Shown piece by piece: positions 18,991 to 27,904 of a stretch of DNA of 64,000 nucleotides. The position numbers were made by a program, and so were the translations under genes. This stretch comes from Flavobacteriales bacterium (GTDB lineage: Bacteria > Bacteroidota > Bacteroidia > UBA10329): positions 19,889 to 83,888 of the forward strand of contig JAIOYO010000003.1 in the NCBI GenBank assembly GCA_021741075.1, written 5' to 3'. The number at the start of each line of letters is the position of its first letter. The first letter of the stretch is position 1. The notes below the pieces were generated by a model. That model saw only the letters and a list, made by a program, of their open reading frames with translations. It had not been told where the DNA came from and made no database searches.

Positions 18991-19634
18991 GGGATGTTCA
19001 TGTATTTATGGGTTTGTATCGAAACATTCCACCTTGGATTCTTCATTACGTAATCAACAATCAAAGGCATTACTTCTTCGCGCTTACTCCATTCGGGTTG
19101 AAGATAGAGTTTACATTCTTTCGACACCTTGGCCGCATGCTCATTTGCCCATTCAAAATCGTGCCTATTGTAAACAATCACCTTCAATTCGTTGGCCAAA
19201 GCATAATATTCTTGCTTGGGTGGAGCGGTTTTCTTGGGTGACAGACAAACCCAATCAAATTTCCCAGAGAAAGGATGTGCGCCTGAAGTTTCTACGTGAA
19301 TCTTAATCCCATTTTGAGAAAGCTCGTGCGTTAAGTTTGAAAGGTTAAAAATCAACGGCTCGCCTCCAGTTACAACCACAACCGTAGATGGTTGTTCGCA
19401 GGCGTTCTTTACCACTTTCCGAATATCTATCAATGGATGAATAGAAGCATCCCAACTTTCCTTTACATCGCACCAATGACACCCCACATCGCAACCGCCA
19501 ATTCGAATAAAATAAGCAGCAGTTCCTGTATGAAATCCTTCTCCTTGAATTGTGTAAAATTCTTCCATAATCGGAAGTACGTTTCCCTTCGCCAATTGAG
19601 ATGACATCTCTTCTGTAAGTCCTTCCACATTCAT
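18987..19634 (-). CDS. queE: 7-carboxy-7-deazaguanine synthase (radical SAM)
   Basis: EEFYTIQGEG...IRIGGCDVGCHWCD (CxxxCxxC) and the QueE-like C-terminus. ATG at 19634 is preferred over the TTG at 19658. Confidence 0.85.
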   Translation of the reverse strand: MNVEGLTEEMSSQLAKGNVLPIMEEFYTIQGEGFHTGTAAYFIRIGGCDVGCHWCDVKESWDASIHPLIDIRKVVKNACEQPSTVVVVTGGEPLIFNLSNLTHELSQNGIKIHVETSGAHPFSGKFDWVCLSPKKTAPPKQEYYALANELKVIVYNRHDFEWANEHAAKVSKECKLYLQPEWSKREEVMPLIVDYVMKNPRWNVSIQTHKYMNIP

Positions 19635-19638
19635 TCCG

Positions 19639-19646
19639 CAAAAGTA
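19639..19646 (-). promoter_or_regulatory. candidate -7 promoter box (TACTTTTG on minus strand)
   Basis: Exact TAnnTTTG match 5 nt upstream of the queE ATG at 19634. Confidence 0.3.
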
Positions 19647-19732
19647 TCTATTAACCAAACGTAACCTAAATTGAACTGAACACGAACTTTTTCAAAAACC
19701 TGCCGTAGGAAATGCTTAACTAACCAGCACGA

Positions 19733-20287
19733 GTGAGTAACATAGACCACTATTTTGATATTGACCGAATGATGTCGGACAATGAGTTGCTGCTCGCTTA
19801 TCGCGATCACATCACAGAAACCACGGTACAGCAATTACTTTCTCTAACCGAAATGAAGCTGTTGCAAAGTGGGGAAGAGAAAAAACTCCGAAAGCGTGTT
19901 TTCAATATTCTGGTTGAGTGTCTTCAGAATATTGTCAATCATGGTGAAGTGAATTCCAATGGGGAAAAGGAAGTTGCAAGTCTTCTTCTTTTGGGAAGAA
20001 CTGCTTCTGATATTTTCATCATCACTGGGAACCGCATATTGAATTCAAAAATCTCGTCCCTTGAAGCGAAAATAAAGGAAATTAATGCGTGGGAACATGA
20101 AGACATGCGCGACATTTACAGTGACCGCCTTGGAAAATCCACTTATTCTGAAAAAGGCGGAGCTGGTCTTGGGTTGTTAGACATTTACAAACGAAGTGGG
20201 AATAAACTAGCGTACTCTTTAGCCAAAATTGATGAAGACGTAAGTTTTCTAAGTCTACATGTAACTGTGAAGTCGGAAACTGATTGA
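19733..20287 (+). CDS. SiaB-family / GHKL-ATPase-like protein kinase (anti-sigma-type)
   Basis: N-terminal LLLAYRDHIT..., N-box-like ECLQNIVNHG, G2-box GGAGLGLLDIYKRSG. GTG start; an alternative ATG lies at 19769. Confidence 0.6.
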   Translation: MSNIDHYFDIDRMMSDNELLLAYRDHITETTVQQLLSLTEMKLLQSGEEKKLRKRVFNILVECLQNIVNHGEVNSNGEKEVASLLLLGRTASDIFIITGNRILNSKISSLEAKIKEINAWEHEDMRDIYSDRLGKSTYSEKGGAGLGLLDIYKRSGNKLAYSLAKIDEDVSFLSLHVTVKSETD

Positions 20288-20307
20288 CACTTGCAATTTC
20301 AACAATA

Positions 20308-20347
20308 AAAAAAGGGCATCTCCGAATATCGGAGATGCCCTTTTTTC
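20308..20347. terminator. bidirectional rho-independent terminator
   Basis: GGGCATCTCCGA-ata-TCGGAGATGCCC (20314-20340) is a perfect 12-bp stem. It is flanked by an A-run upstream and a T-run downstream, between convergent genes. Confidence 0.85.
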
Positions 20348-20360
20348 GTTGGTTCATTGC

Positions 20361-20894
20361 TTACTTAATCACATTCAAACTTCCTGTTTTACCAAAAAGC
20401 TCAATAGATTTCTTGTTGTAAGCTTTAGCTGCCTCTTCAGCAGTATCAAAGAATCCAAGATTGTGAGCTTGGCGCTCATGATAAATTACTGCTCTAAAAC
20501 GGTTTTTCTCTTTCGTAACACCTCTATAGCCAGACTTGCTTTTGAAGTTTTTCATCTCTCTTCTTAGCGTATTCATGGTTACCCACTCTAGGTTATCAAG
20601 AGTTACGTTAAGAACATCACCATCGATAAACCTTACAAACAACTTTCTGTCGCTTTGTGGTTGTGTGATGAATTTTTCGGCCACGTATTTATGAAGGTAA
20701 ATTGTTTCGTAAACCGGTCCTTTTTTCGTTGTAATACAACGTTGAAAAACGCCATAACCATTCGAGTGTGCACGAAGGTTTGCGAGGAATTTAACCGATG
20801 TGAGGTATTCATTTGCCTCAATCGCGTCATACACTTTCTGATCAAGCACTACGTACTTGTCTTCTCTGTTTTTGAGTTTTACTTTAACTGACAT
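20361..20894 (-). CDS. AP2-domain DNA-binding protein with degenerate HNH-like N-terminal region
   Basis: C-terminal AP2 signature [39 protein letters not shown]. The N-terminus [10 protein letters not shown]...[20 protein letters not shown] resembles phage HNH_3 but lacks the catalytic His. Confidence 0.65.
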   Translation of the reverse strand: MSVKVKLKNREDKYVVLDQKVYDAIEANEYLTSVKFLANLRAHSNGYGVFQRCITTKKGPVYETIYLHKYVAEKFITQPQSDRKLFVRFIDGDVLNVTLDNLEWVTMNTLRREMKNFKSKSGYRGVTKEKNRFRAVIYHERQAHNLGFFDTAEEAAKAYNKKSIELFGKTGSLNVIK

Positions 20895-21787
20895 GATGTT
20901 GAATTTTTACTGGGTTTGATACTATTTTTTCTGGCTAATAATGTATTTTGTAGTAAGGCTGCAATTGTCATTCTTCCAACACCTCCTGGCACAGGTGTAA
21001 TATACGAAGCTTTTTTGTTCACTTCACCAAACGCTACGTCACCTTTCAACACGTAACCACGTGCATTTGTTGAATCCTCCACTCTTGTAATTCCAACATC
21101 AACAACAACAGCTCCTTCCTTCACCATATCTGCAGTAACAAACTCGGCTTTTCCAAGTGCAGCAATTAATATGTCTGCAGATTTTGTAAAATCAGAAAGG
21201 TTTTTTGTTCGACTATGACATAAAGTTACGGTACAATTTCCTGGATTTGTATTACGACTTAGCAAATTTGCCATTGGTGTTCCAACGATGTTGCTTCTTC
21301 CTAAGACCACGCAATGCTTGCCACTAGTTTCAATATTGTAACGCTTGAGCAATTCCATTATGCCCATTGGCGTGGCCGAAACAAACGTTGGAAGACCTAG
21401 AACTAATTTACCAACGTTTATTGGATGAAATCCATCCACATCCTTCTCTGGCAGAACACTTTCGGTCACTCTCTGCTCATCAATATGCTTCGGCAATGGA
21501 AGCTGAACAATTAAGCCGTCAATCTCACTATTACCATTAATAGCATTGATTTCTGCTAAAAGCTTCTGCTCTGATACGTCTGATGGAAAACGAACCAATG
21601 TGGATGCAAAACCAATCTGCTCGCAAGACTTAACCTTACTTGCAACATAAGTTTCACTTGCACCGTCATGTCCAACGAGGATAGCAGCCAAATGTGGCGG
21701 CCGATTTCCAGCGGCAACCAAAAGCCTAACCTCTTCGGCTATCTCTTGCTTGATTTCTTCTGAAATTCTCTTTCCGTCAAGTAACAT
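20879..21787 (-). CDS. folD: bifunctional methylenetetrahydrofolate dehydrogenase/cyclohydrolase
   Basis: LLDGK..S......E......[15 protein letters not shown]...[22 protein letters not shown]. Confidence 0.9.
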   Translation of the reverse strand: MLLDGKRISEEIKQEIAEEVRLLVAAGNRPPHLAAILVGHDGASETYVASKVKSCEQIGFASTLVRFPSDVSEQKLLAEINAINGNSEIDGLIVQLPLPKHIDEQRVTESVLPEKDVDGFHPINVGKLVLGLPTFVSATPMGIMELLKRYNIETSGKHCVVLGRSNIVGTPMANLLSRNTNPGNCTVTLCHSRTKNLSDFTKSADILIAALGKAEFVTADMVKEGAVVVDVGITRVEDSTNARGYVLKGDVAFGEVNKKASYITPVPGGVGRMTIAALLQNTLLARKNSIKPSKNSTSCQLK

Positions 21788-21804
21788 GGCAGAGTTTATC
21801 TATA

Positions 21805-21812
21805 CAAATGTA
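21805..21812 (-). promoter_or_regulatory. candidate -7 promoter box for folD (TACATTTG on minus strand)
   Basis: Exact TAnnTTTG match 17 nt upstream of the folD ATG at 21787. Confidence 0.35.
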
Positions 21813-21923
21813 TAACATACCATCAGCAAATTACGTGTATCACGCAATATTTTTCAACTACGTAAAGAATATGACACTTTTTGCTGTAACAAAAATAATC
21901 GTTCTAGAACACAATGTGAAATT

Positions 21924-23258
21924 TTATCGTCTTGCCCCAGGCATATTTCGCATCATGTTTTTCATGGCTCCTTTATCGGAGAACATACGCATCATTTTTC
22001 GGCTTTCTTCAAATTGCTTCAAAAGTCGATTTACATCTTGAATGGTTGAACCACTTCCATCGGCAATTCGTTTTCTGCGGCTACCATTAATCAATTGTGG
22101 ATTCCCTCTTTCTAACGGAGTCATTGAGCCAATAATGGCCTCTACTTGCTTAAAGGCATCATCCCCAATTTCTACATCCTTCAAGGCTTTTCCCATTCCT
22201 GGAATCATTCCCATCAAGTCTTTGACGTTACCCATTTTCTTGATTTGATTGATTTGATCGAGAAAATCGTTGAAGTCGAATGTATTCTTTGCAATCTTCT
22301 TTTGAAGTTGCCGGGCCTTCTCCTCATCGAACTGCTCTTGAGCACGTTCAACAAGTGAAACCACATCGCCCATACCGAGAATACGGTCAGCCATACGATC
22401 TGGATGGAAAATGTCAAGTGCCTCTAGCTTCTCGCCAATACCCACAAACTTGATTGGTTTGTTGACTACCGAACGGATGGAAAGAGCCGCACCCCCGCGT
22501 GTATCCCCGTCCAACTTGGTGAGAACTACTCCGTCAAAATTCAGTCGGTCGTTGAAGGCTTTTGCTGTATTTACCGCATCCTGACCAGTCATGGAATCGA
22601 CCACGAAAAGCGTTTCCTGAGGCTTGATGCTTTTATGTACGCGATCAATCTCGTTCATCATTTCCTCATCCACTGCCAAACGGCCAGCGGTATCCACAAT
22701 CACCACGTTGTGGTTGTTTGCCTTCGCGTATTTAATGGCATTCTCAGCAATGGAAACGGGGTTTTTATTCCCTTCTTCGGTATAAACTGCCACTCCAACC
22801 TGCTCTCCAAGAACTTTCAATTGGTCTATGGCTGCAGGACGATATACGTCACACGCAACCAACAACGGATTTTTTTGACGCTTGCTCTTTAAGAACAAAG
22901 CCAGCTTTCCTGAGAAAGTTGTTTTACCAGAACCCTGCAAACCAGCAATGAGGATGACGGACGGCTTGCCTTCGAGATTCAAATCCACCGACTTTCCTCC
23001 CATCAATGCAGCCAGCTCGTCCTTGGTAATCTTTACCATCAACTGGCCGGGTTTAACGGCCGTCAATACATCTTGCCCAAGGGCTTTCTGTTTTACGGTG
23101 TCCGTGAATTCCTTGGCAATTTTGAAGTTGACATCGGCATCAAGCAAGGCGCGCCTCACTTCCTTCATGGTTTCGGCCACGTTAATCTCTGTAATCTGAC
23201 CTTCTCCCTTCAGCGTTTTGAACGCCCTATCAAACTTCTCCGTTAAATTCTCAAACAT
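21924..23258 (-). CDS. ffh: signal recognition particle protein
   Basis: MFENLTEKF..., GLQGSGKTT, DTAGR, TKLDGD.RGGAALS, Met-rich C-terminal M domain. Confidence 0.95.
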   Translation of the reverse strand: MFENLTEKFDRAFKTLKGEGQITEINVAETMKEVRRALLDADVNFKIAKEFTDTVKQKALGQDVLTAVKPGQLMVKITKDELAALMGGKSVDLNLEGKPSVILIAGLQGSGKTTFSGKLALFLKSKRQKNPLLVACDVYRPAAIDQLKVLGEQVGVAVYTEEGNKNPVSIAENAIKYAKANNHNVVIVDTAGRLAVDEEMMNEIDRVHKSIKPQETLFVVDSMTGQDAVNTAKAFNDRLNFDGVVLTKLDGDTRGGAALSIRSVVNKPIKFVGIGEKLEALDIFHPDRMADRILGMGDVVSLVERAQEQFDEEKARQLQKKIAKNTFDFNDFLDQINQIKKMGNVKDLMGMIPGMGKALKDVEIGDDAFKQVEAIIGSMTPLERGNPQLINGSRRKRIADGSGSTIQDVNRLLKQFEESRKMMRMFSDKGAMKNMMRNMPGARR

Positions 23259-23311
23259 TTATTCTGATTTTGAAGCCACTAAAGTAATTTCCTTAGGGCA
23301 TTTATACCAAT

Positions 23312-25120
23312 TTACATTCTATCCGGAACCGTAACACCTAATAACCGCATGGCAGATGCAATAACCTGCGAGGTCAAACCTGAAATCACCAAGCGAAGTG
23401 CCTTTTTGTTCTCATCTTCCTCAACAAGAATGGGGCACTCGTGATAGAATGTGTTGTATTCCTTGGCGAGTTCGTACGCGTAGTTTGCGATTATAGCTGG
23501 ACTGTACTCATCTCCTGCCAATTTCACTGTTTCTGGGTATTGATTGAGCAAACGAATTAAAGATCGTTCGTTCTCATTTATAGAAATTATTGGTTCAGGC
23601 GCGAGGAGCAAACGCGCGCCAGCATCTTCTGCTTTTCTCAAAACCGACTTGATACGAGCGTGCGTGTATTGAATAAACGGCCCCGTGTTTCCTTGCATAT
23701 CAATACTCTCCGCTGGATTAAACAACATTCGTTTTTTCGGATCCACCTTAAGCATGAAGTATTTGAGCGCGCCCATTCCCAGCATTTCGAAAAGCGCTTC
23801 AGCTTCCTCCGAAACCATTCCTTCTAACTTGCCTTTTTCTTCGGATTGCGCTTTTGCAGTCGCAACCATTTCCTCCATCAAATCATCTGCATCAACCACG
23901 GTTCCTTCGCGAGATTTCATCTTACCTGAAGGGAGATCTACCATTCCGTAAGAAAGGTGATAGCAATTTTGTGCCCACTCAAATCCGAGTTTTCCGAGAA
24001 TGAGGAACAGCACTTTAAAGTGATAATCCTGCTCGTTTCCCACCGTATATATGAGTTGATTGAGCGATGGCCAATCGGTATAACGCAATTTGGCGGTACC
24101 CAGATCTTGCGTCATATACACAGCAGTGCCATCCGAACGAAGCAAAAGTTTTTGATCCATTCCATCGGCCGTAAGGTCGCACCAAATGGAACCATCTTCT
24201 CGCTTTTCGAGAATGCCCTCCTCTACTCCACTTTCCACCAACTCCTTACCTATTAAATAGGTGTTGCTTTCGTAATAGAGTTTATCGAAGTCAACGCCCA
24301 AACGGTTGTAGGTCTGATCAAATCCTTCGTAAACCCAACCGTTCATGGTTGCCCAAAGTTGGCGAACCTCCACATCGTCCGCTTCCCATTTTAGGAGCAT
24401 TTCGCGAGCCTCCATCATAATGGATGCTTCTGCCTCCGCTTCTTTCTCGGTTTTTCCTGCTTCAATCAGTTCAGCAATTTGAACCTTGTAACGCTTATCA
24501 AACTCCACATAATATTTCCCAACCAGCTTATCGCCTTTTAGGCCAGATGATTGTGGCGTTTCGCCATTTCCGAACTTCTGCCATGCTAACATGCTTTTAC
24601 AGATGTGAATACCACGATCGTTAATGACTTGTACTTTCTGTACGGTGTGTCCGTTTGCTTTGAGTATTTCGGCTACCGAATAACCGAGAAGGTTATTTCG
24701 AATGTGCCCTAAGTGAAGCGGCTTGTTTGTGTTTGGTGAGGAATATTCAACCATTACATTTCGGCTATGCTCGCCTTTTGACCGAAAACCATAGTTTTCT
24801 GTGGCTTGCATTTCGCCTAGCTTTTCTACCCAATAATTGGCAGTAAAAGAAACATTCAGAAAGCCTTTAACTACATTGAAGCTCTCAACATAATCAACTG
24901 CCGCAACCAAAGCTTCCCCTATTTGTTTCCCTGTTTCTTCGGGCGAAACTTTGGATGTACGCAACAACGGAAACACAACCAAGGTGACATCGCCTTCAAA
25001 CTCCTTTCTGGTCTTTTGAAGTTGCAGTTGTTCCTCATGAAGATTTGCATTGTACAGTTGCTGAATAACCCGCTGTATGCTTTGTAATAATGTTGCTGCC
25101 ACGTGCTGAATTTTCTGCAA
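23312..25120 (-). CDS. argS: arginine--tRNA ligase
   Basis: SSPNTNKPLHLGHIRN (HIGH), MKSREG (KMSK-like), anticodon-binding C-terminus. Apparent TTG start; no in-frame ATG lies near the N-terminus. Confidence 0.95.
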   Translation of the reverse strand: MQKIQHVAATLLQSIQRVIQQLYNANLHEEQLQLQKTRKEFEGDVTLVVFPLLRTSKVSPEETGKQIGEALVAAVDYVESFNVVKGFLNVSFTANYWVEKLGEMQATENYGFRSKGEHSRNVMVEYSSPNTNKPLHLGHIRNNLLGYSVAEILKANGHTVQKVQVINDRGIHICKSMLAWQKFGNGETPQSSGLKGDKLVGKYYVEFDKRYKVQIAELIEAGKTEKEAEAEASIMMEAREMLLKWEADDVEVRQLWATMNGWVYEGFDQTYNRLGVDFDKLYYESNTYLIGKELVESGVEEGILEKREDGSIWCDLTADGMDQKLLLRSDGTAVYMTQDLGTAKLRYTDWPSLNQLIYTVGNEQDYHFKVLFLILGKLGFEWAQNCYHLSYGMVDLPSGKMKSREGTVVDADDLMEEMVATAKAQSEEKGKLEGMVSEEAEALFEMLGMGALKYFMLKVDPKKRMLFNPAESIDMQGNTGPFIQYTHARIKSVLRKAEDAGARLLLAPEPIISINENERSLIRLLNQYPETVKLAGDEYSPAIIANYAYELAKEYNTFYHECPILVEEDENKKALRLVISGLTSQVIASAMRLLGVTVPDRM

Positions 25121-25315
25121 AACTAGGAATAGCGAGTTAGGAAATTAGTGATTTAGTGATTTAGCGCATGCCAGAGATAAAGAGAACGCCATTCTCTCCA
25201 TCTCTGCAAGGCGATATGGAGGATAGATGCTGTAGTGTCACTATACTTAGAACGTGCGCCAAAATAGCAACCCTATGGGGCTTGTTGCTACCTTCGCAGC
25301 CTAATTCTAAGAGTT

Positions 25316-26788
25316 ATGAGCAAGAATATTCGAGTTTCCTCGGAAGTGGGAACACTTCAACGCTTAATCATTCATAGTCCGGATGCAGGAATCGGGAAAA
25401 TTGCACCCCGAATGATGGAGGATTTACTTTATGATGATATCGTGTACCTCGATAATATGCGGAAAGAATACAATCAGTATTTGAGCGTGTTGCTTTGGTT
25501 TTTAGACCCTGAAGTGATGCGAAATCGGGATAAGAATGATTCTGATTTTTTCAAGCCTACAAAGAAGGGATATCTGCGATCTGACAAGGTTTTGGACGCA
25601 GAGTTTTTATTGATGCAAGTGCTAAAAAACGACTTGGCGAAGCAGCTTTTGGTATCCGCTGTTTGTGCGATGGAAAAGTGCGATTTTGAAACGCAAATGC
25701 TTCTCATGAAGATGGATGCGGGAACGCTGACTCGGACGCTAATTTCTGGCGTTTGGATTTATGAAGGCGAGGAAGACTACCTGTTTGCCCCTCTTCCAAA
25801 TTTCATTTTTACTCGCGACATTGGGATTGTCATTAACGACCACCTTCTTCTCATTAAGGCTGCTGAAAAAGGCCGAACGCGAGAAGCGCTACTCATTAAA
25901 TACATTGCGTATTTCTATCTTTTTGGTGATGAAGCAAACTGGGATAAGTACCAGTTTTCTGACCGTGTTATTGAGCTAGAAGACAACGAGTACTATTTCC
26001 TCACCGATTCGTTGGAGAAGGAAAAACAAGAAGTAAGTATTGAGGGTGGTGATGTGATGATGATTAGTCCGCGCCATTTGCTGGTTGGAATGAGTGCGCG
26101 TACCACGCAGAATGCAATTCACCAACTGACAACGCAATTGTTTAAGCGAAATCTTGTCGATAAAGTTTCGGTGGTGAATATTCCTGCCGAGCGTGCGTAC
26201 ATGCACATTGACACGATTTTTACCATGATAAAGCGCGATTCGTGGGTAGTTTACGCACCATTTACGCGCGATGCCATTACGCTTTCAACAGAAGAAATTG
26301 ATTTTAGACGGATGTTGGATGATGAAATGGAAACGCCCGAAGAACAGGTGTACGTAACGCAATTCATCCGAAAGAAAAAGGCCGATGGTTTTAAAGTGGA
26401 GATGAAGGAATTCGATTATCTCGATGATTTATTAACTGAAGTGAGTAAGGTTGATTTTGGCTGTAAGAAAGTGAACATCATTCCGAATGCGAACGGGAAA
26501 TTTCCTTTTACTGAGCGCGAGCAATGGACCGACAGTTGCAACTTTTTAGCTATTCGCGAAGGAGTGATCATTGGCTACGACAGAAATGTTTATACCAATG
26601 CGAATCTTGAGAAACGAGGTTTTAAGATTATCAAAGCAGAAGATTTTAATGCGCAGATGGATGCTGGCGCCAAGCTAGATGACATTATCACAGGTGATAC
26701 GTTGATTACGCTTCCTTCAGCAGAGCTCTCGCGAGCAAGAGGAGGAACACATTGTATGAGTATGCCTTTGGAACGAGAAGATATTTAA
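25316..26788 (+). CDS. arginine deiminase-family (amidinotransferase superfamily) protein, long form
   Basis: N-terminal VSSEVGTLQRLIIHSP, internal ...MHIDT.F, C-terminal catalytic Cys context RARGGTHCMSMPL. At 490 aa it is about 80 aa longer than the classical ArcA. Confidence 0.75.
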   Translation: MSKNIRVSSEVGTLQRLIIHSPDAGIGKIAPRMMEDLLYDDIVYLDNMRKEYNQYLSVLLWFLDPEVMRNRDKNDSDFFKPTKKGYLRSDKVLDAEFLLMQVLKNDLAKQLLVSAVCAMEKCDFETQMLLMKMDAGTLTRTLISGVWIYEGEEDYLFAPLPNFIFTRDIGIVINDHLLLIKAAEKGRTREALLIKYIAYFYLFGDEANWDKYQFSDRVIELEDNEYYFLTDSLEKEKQEVSIEGGDVMMISPRHLLVGMSARTTQNAIHQLTTQLFKRNLVDKVSVVNIPAERAYMHIDTIFTMIKRDSWVVYAPFTRDAITLSTEEIDFRRMLDDEMETPEEQVYVTQFIRKKKADGFKVEMKEFDYLDDLLTEVSKVDFGCKKVNIIPNANGKFPFTEREQWTDSCNFLAIREGVIIGYDRNVYTNANLEKRGFKIIKAEDFNAQMDAGAKLDDIITGDTLITLPSAELSRARGGTHCMSMPLEREDI

Positions 26789-26857
26789 TCTTTTAACCGC
26801 CAAAGCGCGGAGTTGACACAAAGGGCGCAAAGGAAAAACGAATAGACATATTCTTTA

Positions 26858-26935
26858 GCCACAGATGCACAAATTTTCGCAGATTAAACACGGATTATCT
26901 GTGAAAGAATCAGTGCTAGTCCGTGCATCAGTGGC
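26858..26935. repeat. palindromic intergenic repeat element (GCCACAGA-type), second copy
   Basis: GCCACAGATGCAC (26858-26870) pairs with GTGCATCAGTGGC (26923-26935) with 1 mismatch. Termini and length (78 bp) match the 15861-15943 element. Confidence 0.65.
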
Positions 26936-26965
26936 TTTTACATGTATTAAATCTATTGAAAACAC

Positions 26966-27904
26966 ATGCCAGCACAAAACACAAATAACCTACTTATGAT
27001 TCGGCCAGTAGCGTTTGCACTGAATGCCGAAACGGCAACGGATAACCATTATCAACAACAGGTTGAAGGTCTTTCGGAAGCATCTGCACAGCAACAAGCG
27101 GTAAAAGAATTTGACGCATTTGTGGAGAAACTGCGCGATGCGCGCGTACATGTAACTGTGATTAATGACACAGTGGAGCCACACACGCCTGACAGCATTT
27201 TTCCGAACAATTGGGTTTCATTTCACGAAACGGGAATGGTGGTGCTTTATCCGATGTGCGCTGAAAGCCGCAGATTAGAAAGACGCGATGATATTTTGGA
27301 AACGCTCAAATCTGAAGGATTCAAAATCAAGGAAACGCTTGATTATTCGGGAAGTGAAGACGATGGCTTCTTCTTAGAAGGAACGGGTAGTTTGGTGCTA
27401 GACCGCGAAAACTTGATTGCGTATGCGTGTCTTTCGCAGCGAACCAGCGATCTTCTATTGCGAGATTGGGGAAAACAACTCGGTTATGAAGTGATTAGTT
27501 TCCGCTCGTTTCAAAGTGTAGATGGAAAACTTTTACCTATCTACCACACTAATGTAATGATGAGTGTAGGGCAAGAAATTGCCATTCTGTGTGCTGAATC
27601 TATTATGGACGATACGGAACGCAATGCCGTTATAGCAGCCTTGCAGCGAACGGGAAAGGAAATCGTATACATTACTTCCGAACAGAAATCGCGCTTTGCG
27701 GGCAATATGCTACAAGTGATTAATGACCAAGGCGAGCGTATTTTGGTAATGTCAACTCAGGCGTTCGAAAGCCTGACCCCGGACCAGATTGCCACCATTG
27801 AAAAGACCAATCACATTCTGCACAGCTCATTGAAAACCATTGAGACTCTTGGTGGCGGAAGTGCGAGGTGTATGATGGCTGAGGTGTTTTTGCCGAAGGA
27901 ATAA
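26966..27904 (+). CDS. ctlX: arginine deiminase-related / citrulline utilization hydrolase CtlX-like amidinotransferase
   Basis: N-terminal NLLMIRPVAFALNAETATDN and C-terminal catalytic Cys context GGGSARCMMAEVF. Confidence 0.65.
   Translation: MPAQNTNNLLMIRPVAFALNAETATDNHYQQQVEGLSEASAQQQAVKEFDAFVEKLRDARVHVTVINDTVEPHTPDSIFPNNWVSFHETGMVVLYPMCAESRRLERRDDILETLKSEGFKIKETLDYSGSEDDGFFLEGTGSLVLDRENLIAYACLSQRTSDLLLRDWGKQLGYEVISFRSFQSVDGKLLPIYHTNVMMSVGQEIAILCAESIMDDTERNAVIAALQRTGKEIVYITSEQKSRFAGNMLQVINDQGERILVMSTQAFESLTPDQIATIEKTNHILHSSLKTIETLGGGSARCMMAEVFLPKE

Noticed and set aside
25144-25166. Three tandem ATT(T)AG(T/C)G octamers in the argS / ADI-like divergent region as an operator
   Set aside because: It is too short and degenerate to distinguish from chance, and I see no similarity to ARG-box-like palindromes.
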